Made by a program: the position numbers and the translations under genes. Positions 31,967-41,481 of a stretch of DNA of 64,000 bases are shown here, piece by piece. The notes under the pieces were generated by a model. It saw only the letters and a program-made list of their open reading frames with translations, did not search any database and had not been told where the DNA came from. The stretch's first letter is position 1. Every line of letters starts with the position of its first letter. Source of the stretch: Nostoc sp. (GTDB lineage: Bacteria; Cyanobacteriota; Cyanobacteriia; Cyanobacteriales; Nostocaceae); NCBI GenBank assembly GCA_036918135.1, contig JBALDB010000015.1, positions 212,806 through 276,805 on the forward strand. The letters are read 5' to 3'.

Positions 31967-34900
31967 ATGACTTATATAAAGAACACTTTTCTGGAATTTA
32001 TCGCCACCCTAGAGGGGTTCGATCGCTTACCGGACGAAGCGATCGCCAACGTATCCCAACAACTACAAGCTTGGCGCTATCGCTTGGGTCAAAAACTGAT
32101 CGGTAAAGAAAATCTGCCGCAACAGATATCGATCGTTTATGAGGGACAAGTGCGATTGTTGGGATACGAACCGCAAACGCAAATCCCAACCACCTTGAAA
32201 TTACTGCAACCAGGGGAAATCATTGGTGAAATTGGTTTATTGCGCGATATTCCTTGTGAAACAGCGATCGCTTCCACCGAAGTAATATGTCTAACCTTGA
32301 GTGCAGCAGTATATTTTCAGCTTTTAGATACATACCCAGCTTTTGCACAAGCTCGGAAAAACCGCAGTAATTTAGTCGAAGTTTTCGACATTCTCGGTTC
32401 CTATTGGCAAAAGCAAGCGATCGCCACATTAAATCTTAAAGAATTGACACAAACAGCTTTACCAGAAGCGACAATTGATTATTTGCCTCCAGGAAAAAAT
32501 TCATTCGAGCAACTCGATAGCAAACGCGTTTGGTTTGTCAGTGGTGGGGGTACAGTAACGAATTTTTCTGTTGGCGAACGGTTAGAACAACACGACGATC
32601 GCGACAAACTCCAAGTTATCGGTGAAAGTCCTGTACGCTTGGTGGGTCTAAATCCCTCAAATTTAATCTTGCAAAACACTCATCAGCTAGAACTTGCAGT
32701 CAGTGACACCGAATCGCATAGTCAAGACGAAATAGATATTCCCTACGCATCGGATGAAATAGTTGTACCACAAACAACCACTCAGACCTCAAATAGTTCG
32801 GCAAAACGGATAAAATACCCATTTTTTGGCGGTAAAGGCGAATTAAATACAGCCTTTGCCTGCTTTCAAATGCTCACGAAACACTTAGAAATACCGTTTC
32901 GTCGAGAAGTGATTCGCCGCATTTTAAACGAGCAAATCAAACGTCAGGGTACTATCTCGTTTCCAGCTATTGCCTACCTAGCAGAGTTAATTGGACTCAA
33001 GGTACAACTTGTAGAGCTGCCTGTGGCGTCAGTAACGCGCATTCCAACACCAGCGTTAATTCGCTATGCTGATAATTTTGCCGTTTTATATGCAGCCGAC
33101 GCTAATACTATGGTTGTGGGTGTACCATCCCAAGGAATTGTTCGCTGCAAACCCGCTCAATTTGTCGAACAATTAGATATCGACCCTACTAACTTTCCGC
33201 CGCAAGTTAGGGTATTACTGCTGACACCCACTAAAGAAACGCCCCAAGAACGTTTTGGTTTGCGGTGGTTTCTTCCTTATTTGTCACGCTATCGCCGAGT
33301 ACTGATTGAAGTATTTATTGCTTCATTTTTCGTACAGTTAGCAGCATTGGCGAATCCCTTAGTCGTGCAGTTAATTATCGACAAAGTTATCACCCAAAAT
33401 AGTATCGGTACTCTACATATTTTGGGTGTTTTACTATTAGTTGTCGGGCTATTTGAAGCAGTATTAACTACCTTACGAACCTATTTATTTGTCGATACCA
33501 CAAATCGCATCGATATGGGTCTAGGTTCGCAAATTATCGACCACTTACTACGTCTACCGTTGCGCTACTTTGAACGCCGACCGGTGGGTGAACTTTCTAC
33601 TCGGATTAACGAATTAGAGAACATCCGTCAATTCCTCACCGGTACTGCTTTAACAGTGGGGTTGGATGCTCTATTTTCCTTGGTTTATATCGGTGTGATG
33701 CTGATTTATAGTTGGCAACTCACCTTGGTAGGTTTAAGCACAATTCCCGTGTTTGTGATTCTTACTTTAATAGCATCTCCCACGATTAGCAGACAATTAC
33801 GCTCGAAAGCCGAACGTAATGCCGAAACTCAATCTTATTTAGTGGAGGTGATGTCAGGAATTCAAACAGTAAAAGCGCAAAATATCGAATTGCGATCGCG
33901 CTTTTCCTGGCAAGAGCGTTATGCTCGTTTTGTCGCTGCTGGTTTTAAAACAGTTGTCACTTCTACCCTCGCCAACTCTACTAGTAACTTTCTCAACAAA
34001 CTCAGCAGCTTACTAGTTTTATGGGTAGGAGCTTATTTAGTACTCCAACAACAATTAACCTTAGGTGAATTAATCGCCTTTAGAATTATCTCCGGTTACG
34101 TTACCAGTCCAGTATTGCGCTTAGCTCAACTTTGGCAAAGCTTCCAAGAAACTGCCTTGTCTATAGAACGTTTGAGCGATATTGTCGATACGCCAGAAGA
34201 AGCAGAAACAGACCGCTACAATATACCCTTACCAACGATTACCGGAGCAGTCAAATACGAGAATGTTTCCTTCCGATTTGGTACCAGTGGGCCTCTCCAA
34301 CTTTCTAACGTCAACCTCGAATTTCCTGCTGGAAAATTTATCGGGATTGTCGGACAAAGTGGTTCTGGCAAAAGTACGATGATGAAATTATTGCTGAGGC
34401 TTTATGAAACCGAGTCTGGCAGAATTTTAATTGATGGTTATGATATTGCCAAAGTAGAACTTTATTCACTGCGACGACAAATTGGTGTAGTTCCCCAAGA
34501 AACATTGTTGTTTGATGGAAGCGTTCAAGAAAATATTGCTCTGACAAATCCCGATGCAACAACCGAAGAAATTATCCAAGCGGCTCAGGTAGCCTGCGCC
34601 CACGAATTTATCATGAACTTGCCCAACGGTTATAACACGCGGGTAGGAGAACGGGGTTCTGCACTTTCTGGTGGACAACGGCAAAGAATTGCGATCGCCC
34701 GTTCGGTTTTACAACGACCAAAATTACTCGTTTTAGATGAAGCAACCAGCGCATTAGATTATCCTACAGAGCGACAAATATGTCTCAACTTAGCGAGGTC
34801 GTTCAAGGGAAATACAGTATTTTTTATTACTCACCGATTGAACACCGTCAGTAATGCAGACATCATCGTTGTGATGGATAACAGCAGAGTTATAGAACAA

Positions 34901-34975
34901 GGTAGCCATCAAGAATTAATGGCTGCTAAAGGTCATTATTACTACTTATATCACCAACAAGAAGTGAACTTATGA
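31967..34975 (+). CDS. Type I secretion ABC transporter (HlyB family) with cNMP-binding and C39-like domains
   Basis: N-terminal cNMP fold (GEIIGE), ABC TM domain, GQSGSGKS, LSGGQRQR, LDEATS, ITHRL. Confidence 0.92.
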   Translation: MTYIKNTFLEFIATLEGFDRLPDEAIANVSQQLQAWRYRLGQKLIGKENLPQQISIVYEGQVRLLGYEPQTQIPTTLKLLQPGEIIGEIGLLRDIPCETAIASTEVICLTLSAAVYFQLLDTYPAFAQARKNRSNLVEVFDILGSYWQKQAIATLNLKELTQTALPEATIDYLPPGKNSFEQLDSKRVWFVSGGGTVTNFSVGERLEQHDDRDKLQVIGESPVRLVGLNPSNLILQNTHQLELAVSDTESHSQDEIDIPYASDEIVVPQTTTQTSNSSAKRIKYPFFGGKGELNTAFACFQMLTKHLEIPFRREVIRRILNEQIKRQGTISFPAIAYLAELIGLKVQLVELPVASVTRIPTPALIRYADNFAVLYAADANTMVVGVPSQGIVRCKPAQFVEQLDIDPTNFPPQVRVLLLTPTKETPQERFGLRWFLPYLSRYRRVLIEVFIASFFVQLAALANPLVVQLIIDKVITQNSIGTLHILGVLLLVVGLFEAVLTTLRTYLFVDTTNRIDMGLGSQIIDHLLRLPLRYFERRPVGELSTRINELENIRQFLTGTALTVGLDALFSLVYIGVMLIYSWQLTLVGLSTIPVFVILTLIASPTISRQLRSKAERNAETQSYLVEVMSGIQTVKAQNIELRSRFSWQERYARFVAAGFKTVVTSTLANSTSNFLNKLSSLLVLWVGAYLVLQQQLTLGELIAFRIISGYVTSPVLRLAQLWQSFQETALSIERLSDIVDTPEEAETDRYNIPLPTITGAVKYENVSFRFGTSGPLQLSNVNLEFPAGKFIGIVGQSGSGKSTMMKLLLRLYETESGRILIDGYDIAKVELYSLRRQIGVVPQETLLFDGSVQENIALTNPDATTEEIIQAAQVACAHEFIMNLPNGYNTRVGERGSALSGGQRQRIAIARSVLQRPKLLVLDEATSALDYPTERQICLNLARSFKGNTVFFITHRLNTVSNADIIVVMDNSRVIEQGSHQELMAAKGHYYYLYHQQEVNL

Positions 34976-35036
34976 GCAGGAATCATAATTCCCAATCGGC
35001 TACATCCCACTGCACTAACAGAATTCAGTAATAACC

Positions 35037-35077
35037 ATAGGGTGGACACTAGTAATCGATGCTGGTGTCCACCCTAC
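35037..35077. repeat. REP-like hairpin between hlyB- and hlyD-like genes
   Basis: tagggtggacactag ... ctggtgtccacccta; related hairpins at about 21194-21217, 21267-21298 and 36903-36928. Confidence 0.65.
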
Positions 35078-35120
35078 AAAAATTTCATTTTCAATCCCTA
35101 ATCCCTAATCCCAAATCAAT

Positions 35121-36689
35121 ATGACTCAACTTAATGGAAATCACACCAACGGTAATTATAAGAACGGAGCAAAACAAGATTCACGAGTAGTTACAAAACA
35201 ACAGAAAACTGCTCCAGAATCTTTAATTAACTCAAATCCTCAAGAGTTTGAGCAATCCGTTATTTTGCGCCAATCTCCAGTTTGGTCGCGTACAATCATG
35301 GTGACTTTAATGGCCTTAGCTTGTTTTGGAATTGCTTGGGCTTATTTTGCCAAAATTGAGCAAGTAGTACCAGCAACAGGACAATTAAAACCCGAAGGAA
35401 CAGTTAAAGAAGTTCAGGCTCCTGTAAGTGGAGTAGTCAAAGCAGTTTATGTCAAAGATGGGCAAGAAGTCAAGCAAGGAGATTTGCTACTGACTTTTGA
35501 TTCCATCGCCTCTGTTGCTGAATTAAATTCTTTGAATAAAATTCGGATCGGATTAACTAAAGAAAACCAAATTTATCGGCGACTAATGGGAGCAAGTACT
35601 GGTACTACATCAGAATTATTGTTTTTACGTAGTAAATTGCCACCAGAAACTGCTTTTTTATTGAAAAGCCGCGCGGCTTTAGTATCAGAAAATGACTTAT
35701 TGCGAACTCAATTAAGAGATTCAGGTCAAGATTATGCACTGGGAATTGATGAACAGCAACGTCTACAAGTTGCCAAAAAAGAATTAGATTCTCGTTCTTC
35801 AGCAGCGCGGTTAGAAGTAGAAAAAACCAAAAAACAACTTACTCAAACCCAAGTTAAATTGGAAGACAGTAAATCAAGTTTAGCTATTCAACAGAGAATT
35901 TTAGATAAACTAAAAATCCTCTCAGAAGAAGGTGGCATCTCTCAGCTTCAGTATCTCAACCAACAACAAGAAGTACAAAACCGTACTGCGGAAGTAGCGC
36001 AATTAGGCGAAGAAGTGAAACGTCTCCAGTTGGATATTGAAAAAGGACAACAAGAGGTAAGCAATACAGTAGCTGTCACTGATAAAGATGTTTTGGATAA
36101 AATCGCTGATAACAAAAAACGTATTGCCGAAATCGATAGCCAATTCATGAAAGTTGTACTGGATAATGAACAACGTTTAGCAGATGTCAATAGTAAAATC
36201 TCTCAATCACAGTTAAATGTTAGATATCAAGAACTCCGCGCACCGGTAGCTGGAACAGTTTTCGATTTACAAGCCAAAAATCCTGGATTTGTAGCGAATC
36301 CAACTACAAAAATGCTGCAAATTGTCCCAAACGAAAACTATATCGGTGAAGTTTTCATTACAAACAAAGATATCGGTTTTGTGCGAAAAGGTATGAAAGT
36401 AGATGTCAGAATTGACTCCTTTCCTTACAGTGAGTTTGGTGATATTAAAGGAGAAGTAATGGGAGTAGGATCGGACGCATTACCCCCGGATCAAACGCAT
36501 CAATTTTATCGATTCCCAGCAAAAATCCATTTGGATCGACAATCCTTAGTTATTAAGAGTAAAAACGTGACTTTACAGTCAGGGATGGCTATCAGCGCCA
36601 ATATAAAAGTGCGAGAAGAACGAACTGTGTTGAGTCTGTTTACCGAGTTATTTACTAAGCAAGTTGATACTCTTAAAGAGGTTCGTTAA
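35121..36689 (+). CDS. HlyD-family membrane fusion protein
   Basis: TM anchor, VQAPVSGVV, coiled coil, LRAPVAGTV, FPYSEFG, LQSGM. Confidence 0.92.
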   Translation: MTQLNGNHTNGNYKNGAKQDSRVVTKQQKTAPESLINSNPQEFEQSVILRQSPVWSRTIMVTLMALACFGIAWAYFAKIEQVVPATGQLKPEGTVKEVQAPVSGVVKAVYVKDGQEVKQGDLLLTFDSIASVAELNSLNKIRIGLTKENQIYRRLMGASTGTTSELLFLRSKLPPETAFLLKSRAALVSENDLLRTQLRDSGQDYALGIDEQQRLQVAKKELDSRSSAARLEVEKTKKQLTQTQVKLEDSKSSLAIQQRILDKLKILSEEGGISQLQYLNQQQEVQNRTAEVAQLGEEVKRLQLDIEKGQQEVSNTVAVTDKDVLDKIADNKKRIAEIDSQFMKVVLDNEQRLADVNSKISQSQLNVRYQELRAPVAGTVFDLQAKNPGFVANPTTKMLQIVPNENYIGEVFITNKDIGFVRKGMKVDVRIDSFPYSEFGDIKGEVMGVGSDALPPDQTHQFYRFPAKIHLDRQSLVIKSKNVTLQSGMAISANIKVREERTVLSLFTELFTKQVDTLKEVR

Positions 36690-36701
36690 CTTATGAAGTT
36701 G

Positions 36702-36810
36702 TATAGCAGGAGGCAAGGGGCAGTTCTTGCTGGAGGCAGGAGGTAGAAACATTACTCTTCCTGACATTCACGCTTGTTATTATGTCCTAACCTATATGAC
36801 TACAGCTATA
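36702..36810. mobile_element. ~109-bp MITE-like dispersed element (copy 1)
   Basis: TATAGC...GCTATA ends; about 65-bp core nearly identical to 43769-43876. Confidence 0.75.
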
Positions 36811-36972
36811 AAAGCAATTGCTAATTCATTAATGCTGAGATTGGATGGTGCGTTAACCTTTGGCGTAACACACCTTACTAATTAATGCATATAAAATTAT
36901 CGATAGGGCGTACAGTTGTACGCCTATAAAGCTGTTGTTAGAAACATTAAACAACTTAAGATTTTGCCACAA

Positions 36973-37953
36973 TCATTTCACTTGAAACATCAAATACGTT
37001 CCTCCTAAACCTTCTACAATGGTGCGTGTATTAGCAATCATCATTTTCTGATAAGTATCTGCTTCGCTTCCAGGTTCTCCAAGTCCCTCGGAATACAGTT
37101 CCCTGTCAGAAATTTTCACATCAGCTTGTGTGGCTACAGATTGAATCAAATTAGGATTAATTGCTACCTCTGAAAAAATGGTTGGTACTTTAGTCTGTTT
37201 AATATTTTTAGCTAAATTATTCACTCGTGCAGCTGTCAGTTTTTCTGTACTAGTAATACCTTCCATTCCCCCTGCTAATGAGATACCGTATGCTTTAGCA
37301 TAATAACTTAGGGCATCAGAGGTAGTAACTAACTTGCGTTGTTTAGCAGGAATACTCGCAATTGTTGATTTAATCCAGCTATCTAGTTGAGTGAGTTCAT
37401 TTGTGATTTTTTTGGTATTGCTGGTATAAACTTCTGCATCACTAGATGCTAACTTTCTCAAGTTACTATTAATGACTTTTACCATCTCGATCGCATTCTT
37501 AGTATTGTGCCAAACATGAGGATCGGTTAATATCCTATCCCCTTCCTGAAATTTTTGTGGTTTAGACACTGCAAGCCCGACAGCTATTTTTGGTGCAGAA
37601 TTTTTAGTCGCTTTGATTAATTTGATTAAATTTGGTTCAAAATTGTAACCAGTATAGAAAATCAGATTAGCTTGCTCTATAGCTTTACGATCTTCTGGTT
37701 TTGGTTTATAAATTTTGGGATTGGTAGTCGGGGAAATTAAACAAGTGAGGTTAACTGTATTCCCTGCAACTTGTCTAGTTAAGTCACAGAGTACGCTTGT
37801 CGTTGCTACAACTCGCGGAAGATTCTCATTTACCTCGGTACTAGTCTGAGTAAATGTAGTTCTTATAGCTTGATTTTGACACCCAACAAATCCAATCATT
37901 AATGCAATAAGTATACCTCGGAATAAAGTTTTTTTGTGTGATTTTTTTGACAT
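36973..37953 (-). CDS. ZnuA/MntC/TroA-family solute-binding lipoprotein with altered metal ligands
   Basis: Lipobox FVGC, VVATTSVLCDL, DPHVW, YAKAYG; no permease or ATPase adjacent. Confidence 0.85.
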   Translation of the reverse strand: MSKKSHKKTLFRGILIALMIGFVGCQNQAIRTTFTQTSTEVNENLPRVVATTSVLCDLTRQVAGNTVNLTCLISPTTNPKIYKPKPEDRKAIEQANLIFYTGYNFEPNLIKLIKATKNSAPKIAVGLAVSKPQKFQEGDRILTDPHVWHNTKNAIEMVKVINSNLRKLASSDAEVYTSNTKKITNELTQLDSWIKSTIASIPAKQRKLVTTSDALSYYAKAYGISLAGGMEGITSTEKLTAARVNNLAKNIKQTKVPTIFSEVAINPNLIQSVATQADVKISDRELYSEGLGEPGSEADTYQKMMIANTRTIVEGLGGTYLMFQVK

Positions 37954-38060
37954 CCTTATCTCCTAGTGGATGCATAAAAAAAGATAATCAATATTCTTGA
38001 ACAAGTCAGAATTGATGAATTCAAAATTTAAAATTCAACAAACAAGGTTTTTGCAGATAG

Positions 38061-38175
38061 AATGTAGCTTCACGCAACGGGCTGCAAAACTGCTAAAGGT
38101 AAAAGCACCAGGATACGAGGCGATGCTAGGGTGTCTTCGATAGAAAGTCTAGTGCAGTTCTCTGACCGTATACAT
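38061..38175 (-). ncRNA. Candidate structured ncRNA or structured 5' leader (rod-like, ~115 nt)
   Basis: Nested complementarity by eye: AUGUA/UACAU, ACGG/CCGU, AGAACUGC/GCAGUUUU, UAGA/UUUA, GAAGaCACC/GGUGCUUU; begins about 7 nt after a strong -10. Confidence 0.5.
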
Positions 38176-38181
38176 CAAGCA

Positions 38182-38210
38182 ACTATACCATTGTGCCGAT
38201 CTACCGTCAA
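38182..38210 (-). promoter_or_regulatory. Strong sigma70 promoter with extended -10
   Basis: Minus strand TTGACG (38210-38205), N17, TATAGT (38187-38182) preceded by TGn. Confidence 0.7.
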
Positions 38211-38759
38211 AGTGGCAAATTGATTAAGAAAAGAAACATAGGATAATGGGGCGAGCAATCGTAGGGGTTGATAGAAGCAAACTAAGTCGTGAATCTAAGG
38301 CAATTGTAGCTGTGGTTTTGCGAGCTGTGGATATGTATTTGTTACAAAATTGGTGAATTGGTGATTTTTAACCATTAGCTAATTGCTCTTATTTCTTAAA
38401 AAAAGCTATATTTAGGAAAAGCTAGCGATCGCCCATCTCAACCCCATCATCAAAAGCAATTGTTTATACTAAAGTAGCAGATACGCTCGCCGGAATTAGC
38501 ACTATACCATACCTGTTTGACAAAGTTGCTCAGAGGGCGATCGCAAACAAATCAATCTCAATCGTTCGGCAGAATATTACTTAGATGAATAAATAAAAGT
38601 CCAGTCAATCAATTTTCGATTTTGGATTCAATAAAACCTAAAACAGGCAAGCTTTTAACCCCATGCAGTCGGACTCAAATTCATTATGACTTCTGGCTCA
38701 GGAGTTAGTGAATTATTTAGAAAACAATTTCTTAAAGCTGACATCGATTAAGATTAACA

Positions 38760-39095
38760 ATGGTAATTCTAGTTGTCATCATTAACACCTTGATTTCGTT
38801 GCTCCTACTCTATGTCGCTTGGCAGGTATGGCAACTCAAGCAGCAACTAGCATCTGTAGCAGATAGGTTAACCGCCTACGAAATTTGTACCCATGCAACA
38901 CTCTATAAAGCACCTGAAAATATTTATTTAAGTCAGCAGAAAATTTATAACTTACGGCAGAGAAACCAAGTACTACAGATACAAATTCAACAAGTGCAAC
39001 AAATTATCAGTCTGATTTTGCTAGGACGGCAAATCTGGCAGCGTTATTTTCCAAGGCTAGAGTTAACACCAGCGAAAACAGCACTCAAAAAATAA
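38760..39095 (+). CDS. Hypothetical protein with N-terminal TM and coiled coil
   Basis: 111 aa; hydrophobic N-terminus, Gln-rich helix. Confidence 0.7.
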   Translation: MVILVVIINTLISLLLLYVAWQVWQLKQQLASVADRLTAYEICTHATLYKAPENIYLSQQKIYNLRQRNQVLQIQIQQVQQIISLILLGRQIWQRYFPRLELTPAKTALKK

Positions 39096-39421
39096 GTTAA
39101 TTAACAAAAAACAACAATTGAAGAACTCTTTAACTAGAAGTCAGAATTATCAGTGCCCAATTCTGACGCCTCGGCAGAGCTTTCTTGCTTTGCTCTGAAT
39201 TCTTAGAATAAAAGCAACATGTATGGCTGATATTTTGTCAGGATAGTAACTACTACACTGTGAGGAAAGCTTGCCTACCTAAAACAAGCGGCTTAAGCCC
39301 CTTGCCTGGTGAGTTGATGATGGTAGCTGGATTTGCGCTCTGCTGCATATAGATAAAATTGTTCAAGTCTTGCAAGGGGGGAAAACCCACCTAAAATGGG
39401 TCTAAGGAGAGAAACAACAAG

Positions 39422-39769
39422 ATGTCTAATAACCGTTCTGGAATATTTGTTGGTGGTTTGATGCTGGGAGCGACAATCGGTGCCTTAGCCGGATTGCTGG
39501 TTGCTCCACGTACAGGGCGCGAAACGCGTAAAATTTTGCGAAAATCTGCCAATGCTATCCCAGAATTGGCAGAAGATATATCAACAAGCGTGCAAATCCA
39601 GGCAGATCGTCTTTCTGCTAGCGCACTGCGAAACTTAGACGAAACTTTAGATAGATTACGGGAAGCGATCGCCGCAGGTGTAGATGCTAGTCAGCAAGAA
39701 AGCCAAGTCTTGAAGCGGCAATCTGTTGAGGACTCAGATTCTCTTCCCCACCAATTAGAACGCTTATAA
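39422..39769 (+). CDS. YtxH domain protein
   Basis: FVGGLMLGATIGALAGLLVAPRTGRETRK; AAGGAG SD. Confidence 0.9.
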   Translation: MSNNRSGIFVGGLMLGATIGALAGLLVAPRTGRETRKILRKSANAIPELAEDISTSVQIQADRLSASALRNLDETLDRLREAIAAGVDASQQESQVLKRQSVEDSDSLPHQLERL

Positions 39770-39780
39770 ATAACGTAACC

Positions 39781-40320
39781 GTGATTGAACCCCTGTTTTG
39801 GTTGGGACTTTCCTTACTCTTAGTCGCTACAAGCTTGACTGCGGTTTTAGTGGCGGCTATACCGGCTTTGCAGGAGTTAGCACGGGCTGCTCGCAGTGCA
39901 GAAAAGCTATTTGACACACTCTCGCGAGAGTTACCGCCTACTCTAGATGCTATCCGCGTCACTGGTTTAGAAATTACTGACTTAAGCGATGATGTCAGTC
40001 AAGGTGTCAAAAGTGCTAGTCAAGTCGTCAAACAAGTTGACCAAAGCCTTGATACTGCAAGAAAACAGGCTCAAAATCTGCAAGTAGGTACACGTAGCGT
40101 CTTAGTTGGCGTCAAAGCAGCTTGGAAAAACTTCACGCGCCAAAAACCAACAAGGCGAATTAGCGATCGCCTCGCCGACAATGAAAAACCAGCACTCACG
40201 TTGCGAGAACGAGAAGTATTCAGACAAGAAAATCACCGCATTAAAGCAGAAGCCTATCGCATCAATGACGCTTATAACGAGACTGCTAACTGGGAAACAG
40301 ATTTCGATGATGAAGATTGA
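39781..40320 (+). CDS. DUF948 (YtxG/YoxC-like) TM plus coiled-coil protein
   Basis: N-terminal TM; ELARAARSAEKLFDTLSRELPPTL. Confidence 0.75.
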   Translation: MIEPLFWLGLSLLLVATSLTAVLVAAIPALQELARAARSAEKLFDTLSRELPPTLDAIRVTGLEITDLSDDVSQGVKSASQVVKQVDQSLDTARKQAQNLQVGTRSVLVGVKAAWKNFTRQKPTRRISDRLADNEKPALTLREREVFRQENHRIKAEAYRINDAYNETANWETDFDDED

Positions 40321-40554
40321 ATTGGGAATTAGGGATTTGGGACTAGGAAATAAGATTAAAAACACTATCTTCTAATACCCAATTTTCACTACCCAGTACC
40401 CAATACCCAATCCCCAGGCCCCAATACCAAAAACGCTTTGCTTTGATCCCTAAGATTAGAGTAAAGTAAACAAGTGTAAAGAAGTATGATTTTTCCAGTA
40501 CTCTTTTAAAACAACTAGTTCACTTTTACCTTTGATATTTCTATAAAAACGTTC

Positions 40555-41361
40555 ATGCAGTCTTGTTTTTGGCGACGAATCCTGGTATCTATTGCAGTAT
40601 TTATCCTAGCTGGGTCAATTTGGGTGATGCATTCTTCCCCAGCACTGGCTTATGACAATCCTGACTTACTTCCAAAGACCTTTACGCCAGTTGTAGACTT
40701 AGCTAAATCCCTCCCTGAATTGCAAGAAGAAAAGCTAGTCAAAGATTTAGAGCAGTTTGAAGCAGATACAGGTTGGAAATTACGAGTATTGACTCAGTAT
40801 GACCGTACTCCGGGTCGAGCAGTGATAAATTATTGGGGTTTAGATGACAAAAGTATTCTCTTAGTTGCTGATTCTCGCGGCGGTAACATCCTCAGCTTTA
40901 GTGTCGGCGATGCTGTTTATCAACTTTTACCTCGGACTTTCTGGATAGAACTGCAAACCAGGTTTGGTAATTTGTACTTTGTACGCGAACAAGGTGAAGA
41001 CCAAGCCATTCTGCAAGCCCTAGAATCTGTTAAAGGCTGTTTACTTAAGGGTGGTTGCAATGTTGTCCCTGGATTGCCACGAGAGCAGTGGATTCTCACT
41101 TTGATTACTTCGGTTATTGGTGGGATAATTTGTGGATTTGCAGCTCAACCCCGTGAAAAAGGACAAGTGTTTGCTTGGCAATGGGCTTTAATTTTCTCTC
41201 CTTTATGGGGAATCTTATTTATTGCCTTTGGCATTGGGCCAGTAGTGACACGTACAAGCGACTGGTTACCTCTAGTTCGCAATATTTCTGGGTTTCTCAT
41301 CGGCGGCTTAGTTGCTTACCTATCTCCCATTTTCAGTCAGCCTTCTTCTCGTAATGAGTGA
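40555..41361 (+). CDS. TPM-domain thylakoid lumen/membrane protein
   Basis: Signal ending ALA-Y; VVDLA, GWKLRVLTQ, FWIELQTRFGN; C-terminal TMs. Confidence 0.8.
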   Translation: MQSCFWRRILVSIAVFILAGSIWVMHSSPALAYDNPDLLPKTFTPVVDLAKSLPELQEEKLVKDLEQFEADTGWKLRVLTQYDRTPGRAVINYWGLDDKSILLVADSRGGNILSFSVGDAVYQLLPRTFWIELQTRFGNLYFVREQGEDQAILQALESVKGCLLKGGCNVVPGLPREQWILTLITSVIGGIICGFAAQPREKGQVFAWQWALIFSPLWGILFIAFGIGPVVTRTSDWLPLVRNISGFLIGGLVAYLSPIFSQPSSRNE

Positions 41362-41481
41362 AGGATACCTGGTTATGAGTGCTGAAGTCAGATTCCACTA
41401 ACTCACCAATTTAGCAATTCTGACTCCTAACTCTCTGAAACTGGTAAGCTGAAAGCTAAATATTTGAGAAGCTCAATAAAA

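Noticed and set aside
37982..37996. Zur-box-like AGATAATCAATATTC before the SBP
   Set aside because: Only about 10 of 14 positions match in AT-rich DNA
38061..38175. Canonical SRP RNA (ffs) or 6S RNA
   Set aside because: No GNRA-capped short helix 8 as in ffs; shorter than and unlike cyanobacterial 6S as I recall it; kept only as a novel candidate
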